54,358 bases of DNA from Acidimicrobiales bacterium (lineage in GTDB: Bacteria; Actinomycetota; Acidimicrobiia; Acidimicrobiales; SZUA-35), in the NCBI GenBank assembly GCA_038212405.1, contig JBBQUN010000003.1:1-54358 (forward strand), in the 5' to 3' direction. A model generated the notes under the pieces. That model was not told the DNA's origin, made no database searches, and saw only the letters and a program-made list of their open reading frames with translations. The translations under genes were made by a program, and so were the position numbers. Positions 37,629 to 46,149 of the stretch are shown piece by piece; the stretch's first letter is position 1; each line of letters opens with the position of its first letter.

Positions 37629-38897
37629 CTAGTGGTCGTCGGGGTACTCGATCTGGAACCACTCAGTTTCACGGACAAATCGAAACAGCGGCCAAAACTG
37701 AAGCTGTCGAAGATAGATGATCTCGCCCTCAAGACATCGAGCGATCAGTTCTCTCGTCTCGCTACCGTTGGGATCCAGAATCGCGCATTTGGCGAGCTGG
37801 AATGCGTCGCCCAGATTCGACGTGTCCCACTTCTCCACTTCGTCGAGTACAGCCTCGTTGGATAGGCGATCCCGACCGAGCCTGGCGAGCCACAGGTTGA
37901 CCTGGACGATTCGAGGACTGTCGCCTTCTGGATCGCTCCTCCTGACCCAATCGTTGAGCTGAATCAGCAGTGGCGTCGCCACCGCATAGCGCTCGTAGAG
38001 CAACGCCTGGAACGACGAGTCGATGCCGAACGAGATCCACGCGTCTCTACCTGCAGGATTCACCTTCCACCCAAGGGAGAAGAGCAGCAAATTTCCTGCG
38101 GCCTCCACTACCGCTACCGCGCGTTCAGCAGATTCAATCGTTAGACGGTCGAACGCATCTGGATCGTTCACATTTCTTGAACTTGCATCCCCATGAACTA
38201 TCCGATTTCTGACGTCCAGACATGATCGAAAGTCATTCATCAGTTCCTGCAACACTGGCAGACGCGGGTACCCAACGTTCTTCTCGAACCAGTTGAAGCG
38301 TTCAGGATATTTGAACCTCATCACTTCGGAGACCTGCGCGGCCACTGCCTCGTTGCGAATGGCCCCGATTTCACCCAACCGTTGAAAGTCAGAAATGGTG
38401 AATGTCTGCTTGGACTCCAGGGTGCGCCGGGCTGGGGTGTGCTCCTCAAAGTAGATGCGAACTATACGTTCGAACAACCACTCAAAGCGAGTGAATGCAT
38501 AGACGAACTGAGCCTCAAGAAATGTTCGCTCGCGACTCGACGCCCTCATCATTCGCTCCATGTGGCGGGCTGCCTCGATGGCGTCTGGAGGGGCATCGGG
38601 AAAGTTGCTCATGACGAAGGAAGCGAAGTCCCAGTAGAAGCCGTCCTCGCCAACGCCTATACGGGATGTGGCCTGGAAATCGCGCACCGCACCAAGCATG
38701 AAGTCAGCGAACACAACGTCGCCTCGGGGGAACGCTAGGAAGAGTGTCGCTGACGCCGCATTTCGATCGGGCCGGTCGAGTTCCGCAGCTTCAACGGCCA
38801 GCCCGGTCAATGCCGAGTGGACCGCTTCCATGTCTTCGCGAAACAGGTCTGCCGTCAGCATCGCCTTCCAGTTCGATGGTTCGTGATCGTCGCTCAT
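37629..38897 (-). CDS. HEPN-domain protein (putative RNase / abortive-infection effector)
   Basis: F.RFEW.F upstream helix and VRNRIVHG RxxxxH motif; helical C-terminus. Confidence 0.7.
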   Translation of the reverse strand: MSDDHEPSNWKAMLTADLFREDMEAVHSALTGLAVEAAELDRPDRNAASATLFLAFPRGDVVFADFMLGAVRDFQATSRIGVGEDGFYWDFASFVMSNFPDAPPDAIEAARHMERMMRASSRERTFLEAQFVYAFTRFEWLFERIVRIYFEEHTPARRTLESKQTFTISDFQRLGEIGAIRNEAVAAQVSEVMRFKYPERFNWFEKNVGYPRLPVLQELMNDFRSCLDVRNRIVHGDASSRNVNDPDAFDRLTIESAERAVAVVEAAGNLLLFSLGWKVNPAGRDAWISFGIDSSFQALLYERYAVATPLLIQLNDWVRRSDPEGDSPRIVQVNLWLARLGRDRLSNEAVLDEVEKWDTSNLGDAFQLAKCAILDPNGSETRELIARCLEGEIIYLRQLQFWPLFRFVRETEWFQIEYPDDH

Positions 38898-39190
38898 CTG
38901 CGCCGTTCGCTTTCTGGACACCGTCGCTCGGTTGACTCGCAATCGAACCTACATCAGAGTAGTGACATCACCTCGAGAGGAAACATGGACGACGCGGAGA
39001 TCGTGACGCTCATACGAAGTGACGACGCTCGGGTGAATATCCCCGGTTCTGCCGAGGGCAACTGAGGTGGCCCGCACTCCCTGCCGACCCACGCCTAGTG
39101 GCCGATGGCGACAAGTGGACTTGAGTGAATGCTCCGGCGCTGGCGGACCACCAGCCGGAGACTGTCGACGAACTGGTATCGCCGGAGTCG

Positions 39191-39652
39191 TCAGAGAACG
39201 AGCGCGAGCAGTATCGCGAGCGCCCACCCGACAAGTAGGTGGGGACCGAAGGGCCAGCGTTGTTCATGCATCCGGCCCCGACTGAGTAGGTGTGCGACGG
39301 TGAAGCTGGCCGATGCAGCGAAGAACCCGATCACTGCGAGGATCGGGCTGAGCCAGCCGAGGTAGAGGCCGAGCGCTGCGGAGAACTTGATGTCGCCGAA
39401 GCCGATCGAAGCCGGCGAGATGAGGTGACTGATCAGCCACGGTCCGGCGAAGACAGCCGTCCCGATCATCATCGACGGTAGTGGCATTGCTTCATCGCCT
39501 TGTCGTGCAGCAAGCGCGAATCCGCCCAAGCCCGTTAGCACGATGAGCGCGACGTGTACGTTCGGGAGCCTGCGGCGGCGGGCGTCCTCGGTCGCAGCGG
39601 CAGCTGCGACGGCGCCGCCGAGCAGGAAGGTGGCAACGACGATGGTCTGCAC
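39191..39652 (-). CDS. Prepilin peptidase, A24 family (TadV/CpaA-like, no methylase domain)
   Basis: EDARRRRLPN, IGFGDIKF, PFGPHL; GTG start 7 nt after AGAAGGA. Confidence 0.88.
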   Translation of the reverse strand: MQTIVVATFLLGGAVAAAAATEDARRRRLPNVHVALIVLTGLGGFALAARQGDEAMPLPSMMIGTAVFAGPWLISHLISPASIGFGDIKFSAALGLYLGWLSPILAVIGFFAASASFTVAHLLSRGRMHEQRWPFGPHLLVGWALAILLALVL

Positions 39653-39681
39653 GATGTCGTCCTTCTGATTGGCTGCGTCTC

Positions 39682-40131
39682 CTATCGGCCGACCTGTGCC
39701 GTAACGGAGTCCTGCGCCCTTGCGCACCCACCAGCTGCTTCGATGACGAATTGGGTCCAGCGGACACCGTTCCACCAGCGCCATGCCCTGACGCCGGTGG
39801 GATCGGGGTACCAACGCGGCTGAAGCTTCTTGAGTCGGCGAGCGCTGCAGTGCTGGGCCTTGTCGTTTTGCAGGATCGTTCGGACATTGAAGCCAGCAGC
39901 CATCAACTGACGTTGGTAGATCCGAATCAGCACGACGGCGTCGTGGCGCTCGCTCGCAGTCCAACCGACTCGTGCTCGTTGGGTCAGATGATGGCCGATG
40001 GCGACGTGGTCGCTGCTGAAGCCGTGTCCGTCTCGGCGTATCGCCCCGTCGCAGACCGAGGCGAGGTACTCGATCGCATCGGCTTTGCTCGCGTAACCCG
40101 GCCAGATCGCACGTCGGCGTCCAATTCGCAT
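39682..40131 (-). CDS. CDGA-motif domain + DUF2510 protein
   Basis: LASVCDGA..RDGHGFS...Y.RQL, then WYPDPTG...RWWNGVRWT; AAGGGG RBS. Confidence 0.7.
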   Translation of the reverse strand: MRIGRRRAIWPGYASKADAIEYLASVCDGAIRRDGHGFSSDHVAIGHHLTQRARVGWTASERHDAVVLIRIYQRQLMAAGFNVRTILQNDKAQHCSARRLKKLQPRWYPDPTGVRAWRWWNGVRWTQFVIEAAGGCARAQDSVTAQVGR

Positions 40132-40249
40132 GTCGTTGTCCCCTTGATCGAGTGATTGTCGATGGGGGAGAACTGGCCGGTCTCCAAGGTGGCTCCTCAT
40201 CATGCCACACGTGTGTGACTGACCGGATCGAGCCTTCGGAGTCAACGCA

Positions 40250-41125
40250 TCACGGCTGGTCGTAGGGGTGGCGCGTTTCCGAGTGAATCGAGTCGTATCG
40301 CATGACGGTCCAGAAGACCTCGTCGTTGTAGACAGGTACGTTGATCTCGATGTCGAGAACCACCCGGGGATCATGCTCGACGTTCCATTCGAAATAGTAC
40401 TCGTTGGGCTGAAGCGTGATCGGCCCCGTCCCCGGAGCCGATCCGACGGGCCAGTAGTCGATCTCGAACGTGATGGCTTCCGCCGAGTCGTTCCAGACCG
40501 CCACATCGGCATACCGCATGTCGTTCGTCGGTACGCGGACTTGGCTGGTGCCGCACGCAAACATCTTGGGCCGGCTGTACCACGTGAGGTATCCAGCGAG
40601 CGGCGGCCACGTGTTGGTCTTGACGACGTACTCTTCCGATTCGCTGAACGCGATCATGACGGCCCCACGGCCGTAGCCGCTGTTCAAGGCGTTCGTCCAG
40701 TGGTCCCATCCAGCGGGATCGGGATCTCGATCCATCACGTTTCGGTAGACGAGACGCACGAACTCTCGGTTGTCGAGCCGCCCGTAGGTCTGCACGAATT
40801 CGTCGGAGACTTCGAAGCTCGCTGAAATCGTCTCGAGGTTCGTCGACCGGTCTTCGTAGGTTCTGAGCCAGTAGTCCCATCCGTCGGAGTCGGGCTCTCG
40901 CCCGAAATAGGCGGCGTAGAGCCGGTAGACGGAATCGGTGAGCTCTGGACATGCGGACACGTAGAGCGCCGAGGAATTCGGATCTTGGCTGACGGCAAGC
41001 GCTATTTGGCTCGTCGAGGTTGCACTCGTGGAGTCGGCGGGTTCGGCCCCACTCGTGCCTTGGCTCAGAATCAATACGAACAGAACGAAGGCAAAGAGTG
41101 TCTGGGCGACCTGTCGGTGTCTCAT
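40250..41125 (-). CDS. Secreted DUF4214-domain protein
   Basis: Signal peptide; VYRLY.AYFGREPD..G.DYW and FV..VY.NV..R.PD..G...W...F.ES.EY. Confidence 0.85.
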   Translation of the reverse strand: MRHRQVAQTLFAFVLFVLILSQGTSGAEPADSTSATSTSQIALAVSQDPNSSALYVSACPELTDSVYRLYAAYFGREPDSDGWDYWLRTYEDRSTNLETISASFEVSDEFVQTYGRLDNREFVRLVYRNVMDRDPDPAGWDHWTNALNSGYGRGAVMIAFSESEEYVVKTNTWPPLAGYLTWYSRPKMFACGTSQVRVPTNDMRYADVAVWNDSAEAITFEIDYWPVGSAPGTGPITLQPNEYYFEWNVEHDPRVVLDIEINVPVYNDEVFWTVMRYDSIHSETRHPYDQP

Positions 41126-41306
41126 GTGCCCATGGTGGCAGGTGGCAGGTCTCGAACTGGCAACGTCCTCATCTCAATTCGTTAGAAGCCATGGTCTCCG
41201 CGATCGACTCACTGTCGGTCGCCAGGAGACCGGCGGGTTGCTGCGAGTCACAGGTGCGGAACTGATAAAGGCGTCACCGGCTCGTTGACCTGCAGCTACA
41301 CGCCCA

Positions 41307-41348
41307 AATGTGAGATGACTTCAGGAATGTGAGATGGAATGGGAGATG
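41307..41348 (+). repeat. Three tandem AATG(T/G)GAGATG boxes upstream of the sigma-like/virD4 operon
   Basis: Copies at 41307-41317, 41326-41336 and 41338-41348. Confidence 0.8.
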
Positions 41349-41379
41349 GCGTTGGAGGTGCCTGGTCGACCGTTCGGCC

Positions 41380-42135
41380 ATGCCAAAGGATCTCTTGCGG
41401 ATGTTCGATGAGGAGTGGGCCGTGGTCGGGTCGTCGGTCGTGTCACGGCGGCGATTGGCCGCCTGGCAGGATGGTGACCCTCGGTTGCGTGGGTGTCGCT
41501 CACCCGCCGATCTGATCGCTCGCATCAGACATGGCGACCTGTTCGACTCTCGTGAGCTGTGCCACGGCTTGCTGGCCCTGGTCGGTCACGACGAGTTCGC
41601 CGTCCGAGTTCTGCTGCAGGCGATGATGCCGTCCCTGACGAATGAACTGGTGCGGTTGCTGGTGCCGGTCAGGGCGTCGTCATCGACCAGTTTCACAGCC
41701 GACGACGGTGAGGTCGATCAGATCCTCGTCTGTGCTGCGAATCAGGCAGTCCACGAGCATGCCGGATCGATCTCGATGTGGCCGATGTCGGATCTCGTGC
41801 ATCGCACGCACCGATTGGTCGTACAACGAATCCGTCACGAGCGCCGCTGGATGTCGGCGAACTGCGTGACCGACGAGGTCTTGTTCGGGACTGTCGCCCC
41901 GCCGCCTGGTGAGGAACCTGACTCGTCGGTCGAGGCGCTGGCGGTATTGCTTCGTGACGTTGCTCGCGAAGGTCGGGTGGCGAAGGCGGATGTTGCGTTG
42001 GTGTGGAAGTCGCGCCTTGCCGGGTTCGATTCGGCCGAGATGGCTGGCGAGCTTGGTGTCAGCACCGACACGTTTCTTCGCCGACGTCATCGGGCCGAAT
42101 CCAGAATTGTCGAGGCGATGCGGGAGGTTGCCTGA
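41380..42135 (+). CDS. Divergent sigma70/ECF-like factor
   Basis: Region-2-like D.FAVRVLLQAMMP.L helix and C-terminal region-4-like HTH (SAEMAGELGVSTDTFLRRRHRAESRI). TGATG overlap with virD4. Start uncertain. Confidence 0.65.
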   Translation: MPKDLLRMFDEEWAVVGSSVVSRRRLAAWQDGDPRLRGCRSPADLIARIRHGDLFDSRELCHGLLALVGHDEFAVRVLLQAMMPSLTNELVRLLVPVRASSSTSFTADDGEVDQILVCAANQAVHEHAGSISMWPMSDLVHRTHRLVVQRIRHERRWMSANCVTDEVLFGTVAPPPGEEPDSSVEALAVLLRDVAREGRVAKADVALVWKSRLAGFDSAEMAGELGVSTDTFLRRRHRAESRIVEAMREVA

Positions 42136-44255
42136 TGGCGAGCGACACCCGGTCGACCGCCGGTTCCGGTCCCGACGAGTGGGCGGCGTTCGTCATGCTC
42201 GGCGTCGGCGTGTTGGTTGTTGCTGTCTGGTCGGGTGCTCAGATGGCGACGTTATTGGCAACCGGTCACTGGTTGGCAGCAACGATTGGTGATGGCCTCG
42301 GGGCAATGCTCCGGCTTCCGTCGAACGCATCGAAACCGGCGCTTGCTTGGCCGTCGACGGTGCAGTCCGATCTGCCGGGGCCAATCGTCTACTGGTCGGT
42401 CACGGCTGTCGTGGTCGTGGTCCAGGCTGCTGTGTGCACCTGGCTCGGAGTGCGAATGTTCAGTTGGCGGGTCGGGACCGACAAGCGTGAACGCCTCGGC
42501 GTCAACGCGAACGCTCGGTTCGCCACGGCCAAGGATCTGCGAACGATCATCGTCACAGGTCCACAGCCTGGCCGGTTCATCATGGGCAGGGTTGGTGGAA
42601 ACCTCGTAGCCACCGAGAACCGTGCGGGTGCGCCGACCCGTCGACGTCGCAAGGGCGAACCGGTCGATCGCCAGGGTGACCGGTCGGCCGTTGCGGTCAT
42701 CGGGCCACAGCGTTCGGGCAAGACGGTGAATGTGATCTCGGGGATCCTCGAGTGGGAGGGTCCGGCGATTCTCAGCTCGGTTCGTGACGATCTGTTCGAG
42801 CGGACGATCACCCGTCGGTCGCAGCTCGGTCAAGTGTTCGTGTTCGATCCGCTCGAATCGCTTGGTGAGCTTCCCGAGGGCGTTCACCGTGTGGGTTGGT
42901 CGCCGTTGCATGTGGCCGGGACGGTTTCGGGGGCAATGGAGGCGGCGAGCGTTCTGCTCGAGGCTGCGCCGTTGGAGGGGACGACCAACGCCAACTATTG
43001 GAACAAGAAGGGTGAGGCGTTGCTGTGGCCGATCCTGTTCACCGCAGTGATCTCGGGGAAGTCGATGGCCGATGTGGTGCGTTGGCTGGCGTTGCAGGAC
43101 GGCAACCAGACCAAGGACGTCGAGGAAGACGACGGGGCTGCGGTGAAGCCAAAGCCCGGCGACGTCGTTGGGGAGGAGCCGAAGAAGCAAGAGCCTGCCG
43201 GTGAGATCCGGGCGTTGTTGAATCTGGCGATCGCCGACACGAAGCGGCCAGCCGTGCAGGCGCAGGCTCGTCACGCTCTGGCCCAGTTCGATGGGTTCTG
43301 GCTGTTGGACCATCGAACGAGGTCGGACATCTTCTCCACCTCGCAGACGTTGGTGCAGCCGTGGGAGGACCCGTATGTTTCGTTCGCTTCGTCGCCGGGG
43401 ATCGGCTCGGTGGTGGATCTCGGGATGCTGCTGGATGGGAACAACACGTTGTATGTCGTGCAGCCGCTGAAGTCGACGCAGCGGTTCTCGGTGGTGTTCG
43501 GCGGTCTGCTCGGTGCGCTGCTGAAGGATCAGGCGTACGAGGCCGCTCACCGCTTCGGCGGGCCGTTGCCTGATCTGCTGGTGGTGATCGACGAGGCGGG
43601 AAACACGCCGTTGCAGTGGTTGCCTCAGGTGGCGTCGACATGTTCGGGGATCGGTGTGCTGTTGGTGACGGTGTGGCAGTCCAAGGCGCAGATCGATGCG
43701 ATCTATCAGAAGCAGGCCGATCCGCTGCTGACGAATCACGGGTCAAAGATCTTCTTCGCCGGGGTGAGCGACGAGTCCACGCTTCGGTACGTGTCGTACC
43801 TGGGAGGGGAGGAGGAGGTACACCAGCGATCTTCGAGCTCGGATGTCCATGCGTCGTCGACCCGCCGGTCGATTGGCGACACGACGACTCACAAGCGGTT
43901 GTTGCCAGCTGAGCTGCTGCGCCAAGTCATGCCGGGTGAAGGTTTGCTCGTGCACGGGACGCTGCCTCCGGCGCACATCAAGAGCCGTCGATATTGGGCC
44001 GATCCGAAACTGCGGGCGCTTGCTGCTGGCGAGGGTGAGGCACCGCCAGCGGTTGAGTCCCCCTCGGCGCTGAAAGCTGCCTTGCGCTTCGATCGGACTC
44101 CCCGCCAGGAGATCCTCGATCACTTGCCGGACCACGAGACGAAGTCTCGACCTCGACCGTTGGGCGATGACCCCGTCACTGACCACTCACGACCGAGCGG
44201 ACCCAAGCCGCTCGGACAAAGCCGCGATGACCACGAGGGCGGCATCGAGCGGTGA
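42135..44255 (+). CDS. virD4: Type IV coupling protein (VirD4/TraG family)
   Basis: Two N-terminal TMs, GPQRSGKT, FVFDP, IDEAGN, WQSKAQI. Confidence 0.93.
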   Translation: MASDTRSTAGSGPDEWAAFVMLGVGVLVVAVWSGAQMATLLATGHWLAATIGDGLGAMLRLPSNASKPALAWPSTVQSDLPGPIVYWSVTAVVVVVQAAVCTWLGVRMFSWRVGTDKRERLGVNANARFATAKDLRTIIVTGPQPGRFIMGRVGGNLVATENRAGAPTRRRRKGEPVDRQGDRSAVAVIGPQRSGKTVNVISGILEWEGPAILSSVRDDLFERTITRRSQLGQVFVFDPLESLGELPEGVHRVGWSPLHVAGTVSGAMEAASVLLEAAPLEGTTNANYWNKKGEALLWPILFTAVISGKSMADVVRWLALQDGNQTKDVEEDDGAAVKPKPGDVVGEEPKKQEPAGEIRALLNLAIADTKRPAVQAQARHALAQFDGFWLLDHRTRSDIFSTSQTLVQPWEDPYVSFASSPGIGSVVDLGMLLDGNNTLYVVQPLKSTQRFSVVFGGLLGALLKDQAYEAAHRFGGPLPDLLVVIDEAGNTPLQWLPQVASTCSGIGVLLVTVWQSKAQIDAIYQKQADPLLTNHGSKIFFAGVSDESTLRYVSYLGGEEEVHQRSSSSDVHASSTRRSIGDTTTHKRLLPAELLRQVMPGEGLLVHGTLPPAHIKSRRYWADPKLRALAAGEGEAPPAVESPSALKAALRFDRTPRQEILDHLPDHETKSRPRPLGDDPVTDHSRPSGPKPLGQSRDDHEGGIER

Positions 44256-44327
44256 TCTGGAAAGCCGGCTGCAAGGCGGCCGCCTCGGAAGCGGTTGGGC
44301 CGATGTGAGAACGGCTAGGTTCTGTCC

Positions 44328-45059
44328 GTGAGTGACTCCATATCCGAGGCCCGATTCTTGGCCACTTTCAGATTCGAAGACGGAGCGCCAGTCACTTTGA
44401 AGCCGGCACAGCGCCTGGTAAACGCGTTCCTCGAACTGCGTGAGCAGCCGCTCGTCACACCGCTCGGGTTGGTTGCTGGGGCCGGCACCGACACTCAGAA
44501 ATTCCCCGCCCGTCATACTCTCTGGATCACCATCGCAGGCGAGGTAGACGGCGGAGCCACCATACTCTTCTACAACGATGAGACTGGCTATGAGAAGCAA
44601 CTGCTGTTCGAGAAGTCGAGGTCTATCGAGTCAACTGTCGAGCTCCTGGAGACCGTGGCCAACGAGTTCGCCGAGAGAGTCGGGCTCCTAGAAAACCAAG
44701 AATCGCTGTTACTGACCGAGATCCAGCGACGTTTCGAGGTGATTGCCTCAAAGCTGGACGATCTTCGAAGCAACGACCGGTACCTTCGCGAGACACTGGC
44801 TCTGCGGGATGAAGAGATCTTCGAGCTCAAGGGCCGGCTTGAGGCGTTGTCGAAGCTGTGTTCGTCTCAGTCGCGCGAGCTACAAGAAAAGCGGGCCCAG
44901 CGATCGTTGCTGGCACTGGTGACATTCACATTGGGGGCATTTCTCAACATCGGCCAGGGTTTGGTAGTCAACGAGCTCGACGAGCGCTATCAGCCTCTGC
45001 GAGGTGTGTTCGACTACGTGGACGCCACCCTTGACCTCGTCGACGGGATCGAGGGTTGA
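44328..45059 (+). CDS. Hypothetical coiled-coil protein with C-terminal hydrophobic helix
   Basis: E/L/R-rich heptad region, then SLLALVTFTLGAFL. Confidence 0.6.
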   Translation: MSDSISEARFLATFRFEDGAPVTLKPAQRLVNAFLELREQPLVTPLGLVAGAGTDTQKFPARHTLWITIAGEVDGGATILFYNDETGYEKQLLFEKSRSIESTVELLETVANEFAERVGLLENQESLLLTEIQRRFEVIASKLDDLRSNDRYLRETLALRDEEIFELKGRLEALSKLCSSQSRELQEKRAQRSLLALVTFTLGAFLNIGQGLVVNELDERYQPLRGVFDYVDATLDLVDGIEG

Positions 45060-45120
45060 ACGCAGGCAGTTCGAGTTGGCGGTGCTACCTCCCGAACATT
45101 GGCTCGCTCGTCGCGGCAAC

Positions 45121-46149
45121 TCACATCGCTGCTGAGGCGACGAGAAACAAGACGACCACAATGACCAGCATCGCTGCTGCGGCTGCGATGAGGGCGTGCC
45201 TTTCTCGCCGCTTCGACTGTTGCTGGGCGGCGGTGGCCGCAAGGGTCTCGCGTGCCGCGGTCGCTTCCGCTGCAGCGGCTCTCGCCTGAGCTGCCTTGGT
45301 GACGAGTGCTTCGGCCTGTTGGAGGGCTGTGCTGCGTCGTTCGTTGAGCCAGGCCGCTGCGGCCGATGGAGTGGGGAGGCTCGTGTGGGCGACGAGATCG
45401 ACGATGTGGTTGTCGGTTGCATGGCCGACAGCGACGATCACCGGGGTCGTTGCGGCGACGATGACCTGTGCGACTTCGCTGGAGTCGAACGCCACGAGGT
45501 CTGTGGCAGCACCTCCGCCTCGGCAGATCACGATGGCCTGGCAACCCGGCTGTTGGGCACGGGCAACGGCTTCGCTGATTGCTGCGATGGCGCCGGTGCC
45601 CGACATCGGTACCTCGATGGTGTCGATACTCCAGCGGTGCCCACCGACCCGCAGCCGGTCGAGGAAGTCAGCACCCCCGGCCCCGCCGCCAGTCGGGCAG
45701 ATGAGCGTGAGCGTGTCGGCGCTGTATGGCAACCGCAGCCGCTTGTTGATCTTGTCGAGGCTGTCGGCTTCGATCCTTCGCCGAAGGACTGTCGTGGCTC
45801 TGGCGGCGGACGACTCCTGGCCGACGACGGTTAGCCGATACACACAAAATTGGAGCGGTCCGTAGAGACGATGAATCGTGAGTTTGCCGAACACGATCAC
45901 CTCGGTGCCGTCGAGATCGAGCCGTCCATTCGGAAGCGATCGTGGAAGGAACACCAGGCGAATCCTCGACTCGATTCGATCGGTTTCGTTGTGGGCGACC
46001 AGTTCGCCGTAGCTCCAGTGTTTGCGCTGCTGAAAGCCGGAGATGGTGCCGGTGACCTTCATGTAGTCGGTGCTCGCGACCAGGACATCGCTGACGAGGC
46101 CGAGTATCTCCGTCACCGTCGCTGGAATCTGGAACGGCTCCGCTGTCAT
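45121..46149 (-). CDS. Exonuclease VII large subunit (XseA)-like nuclease with C-terminal TM anchor
   Basis: N-terminal OB fold (VTGTISG...H.SY.EL), RGGG..TDL..FD, PVIVAVGHATD, D.VA....TPSAAA; ends LIAAAAAMLVIVVVLFLVA. ATGA overlap with the relaxase stop. Confidence 0.85.
   Translation of the reverse strand: MTAEPFQIPATVTEILGLVSDVLVASTDYMKVTGTISGFQQRKHWSYGELVAHNETDRIESRIRLVFLPRSLPNGRLDLDGTEVIVFGKLTIHRLYGPLQFCVYRLTVVGQESSAARATTVLRRRIEADSLDKINKRLRLPYSADTLTLICPTGGGAGGADFLDRLRVGGHRWSIDTIEVPMSGTGAIAAISEAVARAQQPGCQAIVICRGGGAATDLVAFDSSEVAQVIVAATTPVIVAVGHATDNHIVDLVAHTSLPTPSAAAAWLNERRSTALQQAEALVTKAAQARAAAAEATAARETLAATAAQQQSKRRERHALIAAAAAMLVIVVVLFLVASAAM

Noticed and set aside
40206-40215. Palindrome CACACGTGTG upstream of the DUF2510 gene
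   Set aside because: A single short palindrome with no second copy noticed; could be chance.
39191-40560. 339-aa and 292-aa ORFs as large fusion proteins
   Set aside because: The N-terminal extensions overlap neighbouring genes in other frames; RBS-supported starts are at 39652 and 40131.
41254-41287. Sixth copy of the regulon promoter before the sigma-like gene
   Set aside because: Only CTCGTTG matches; the GTCC extension and the TGTCCGA box at 15 nt are absent.
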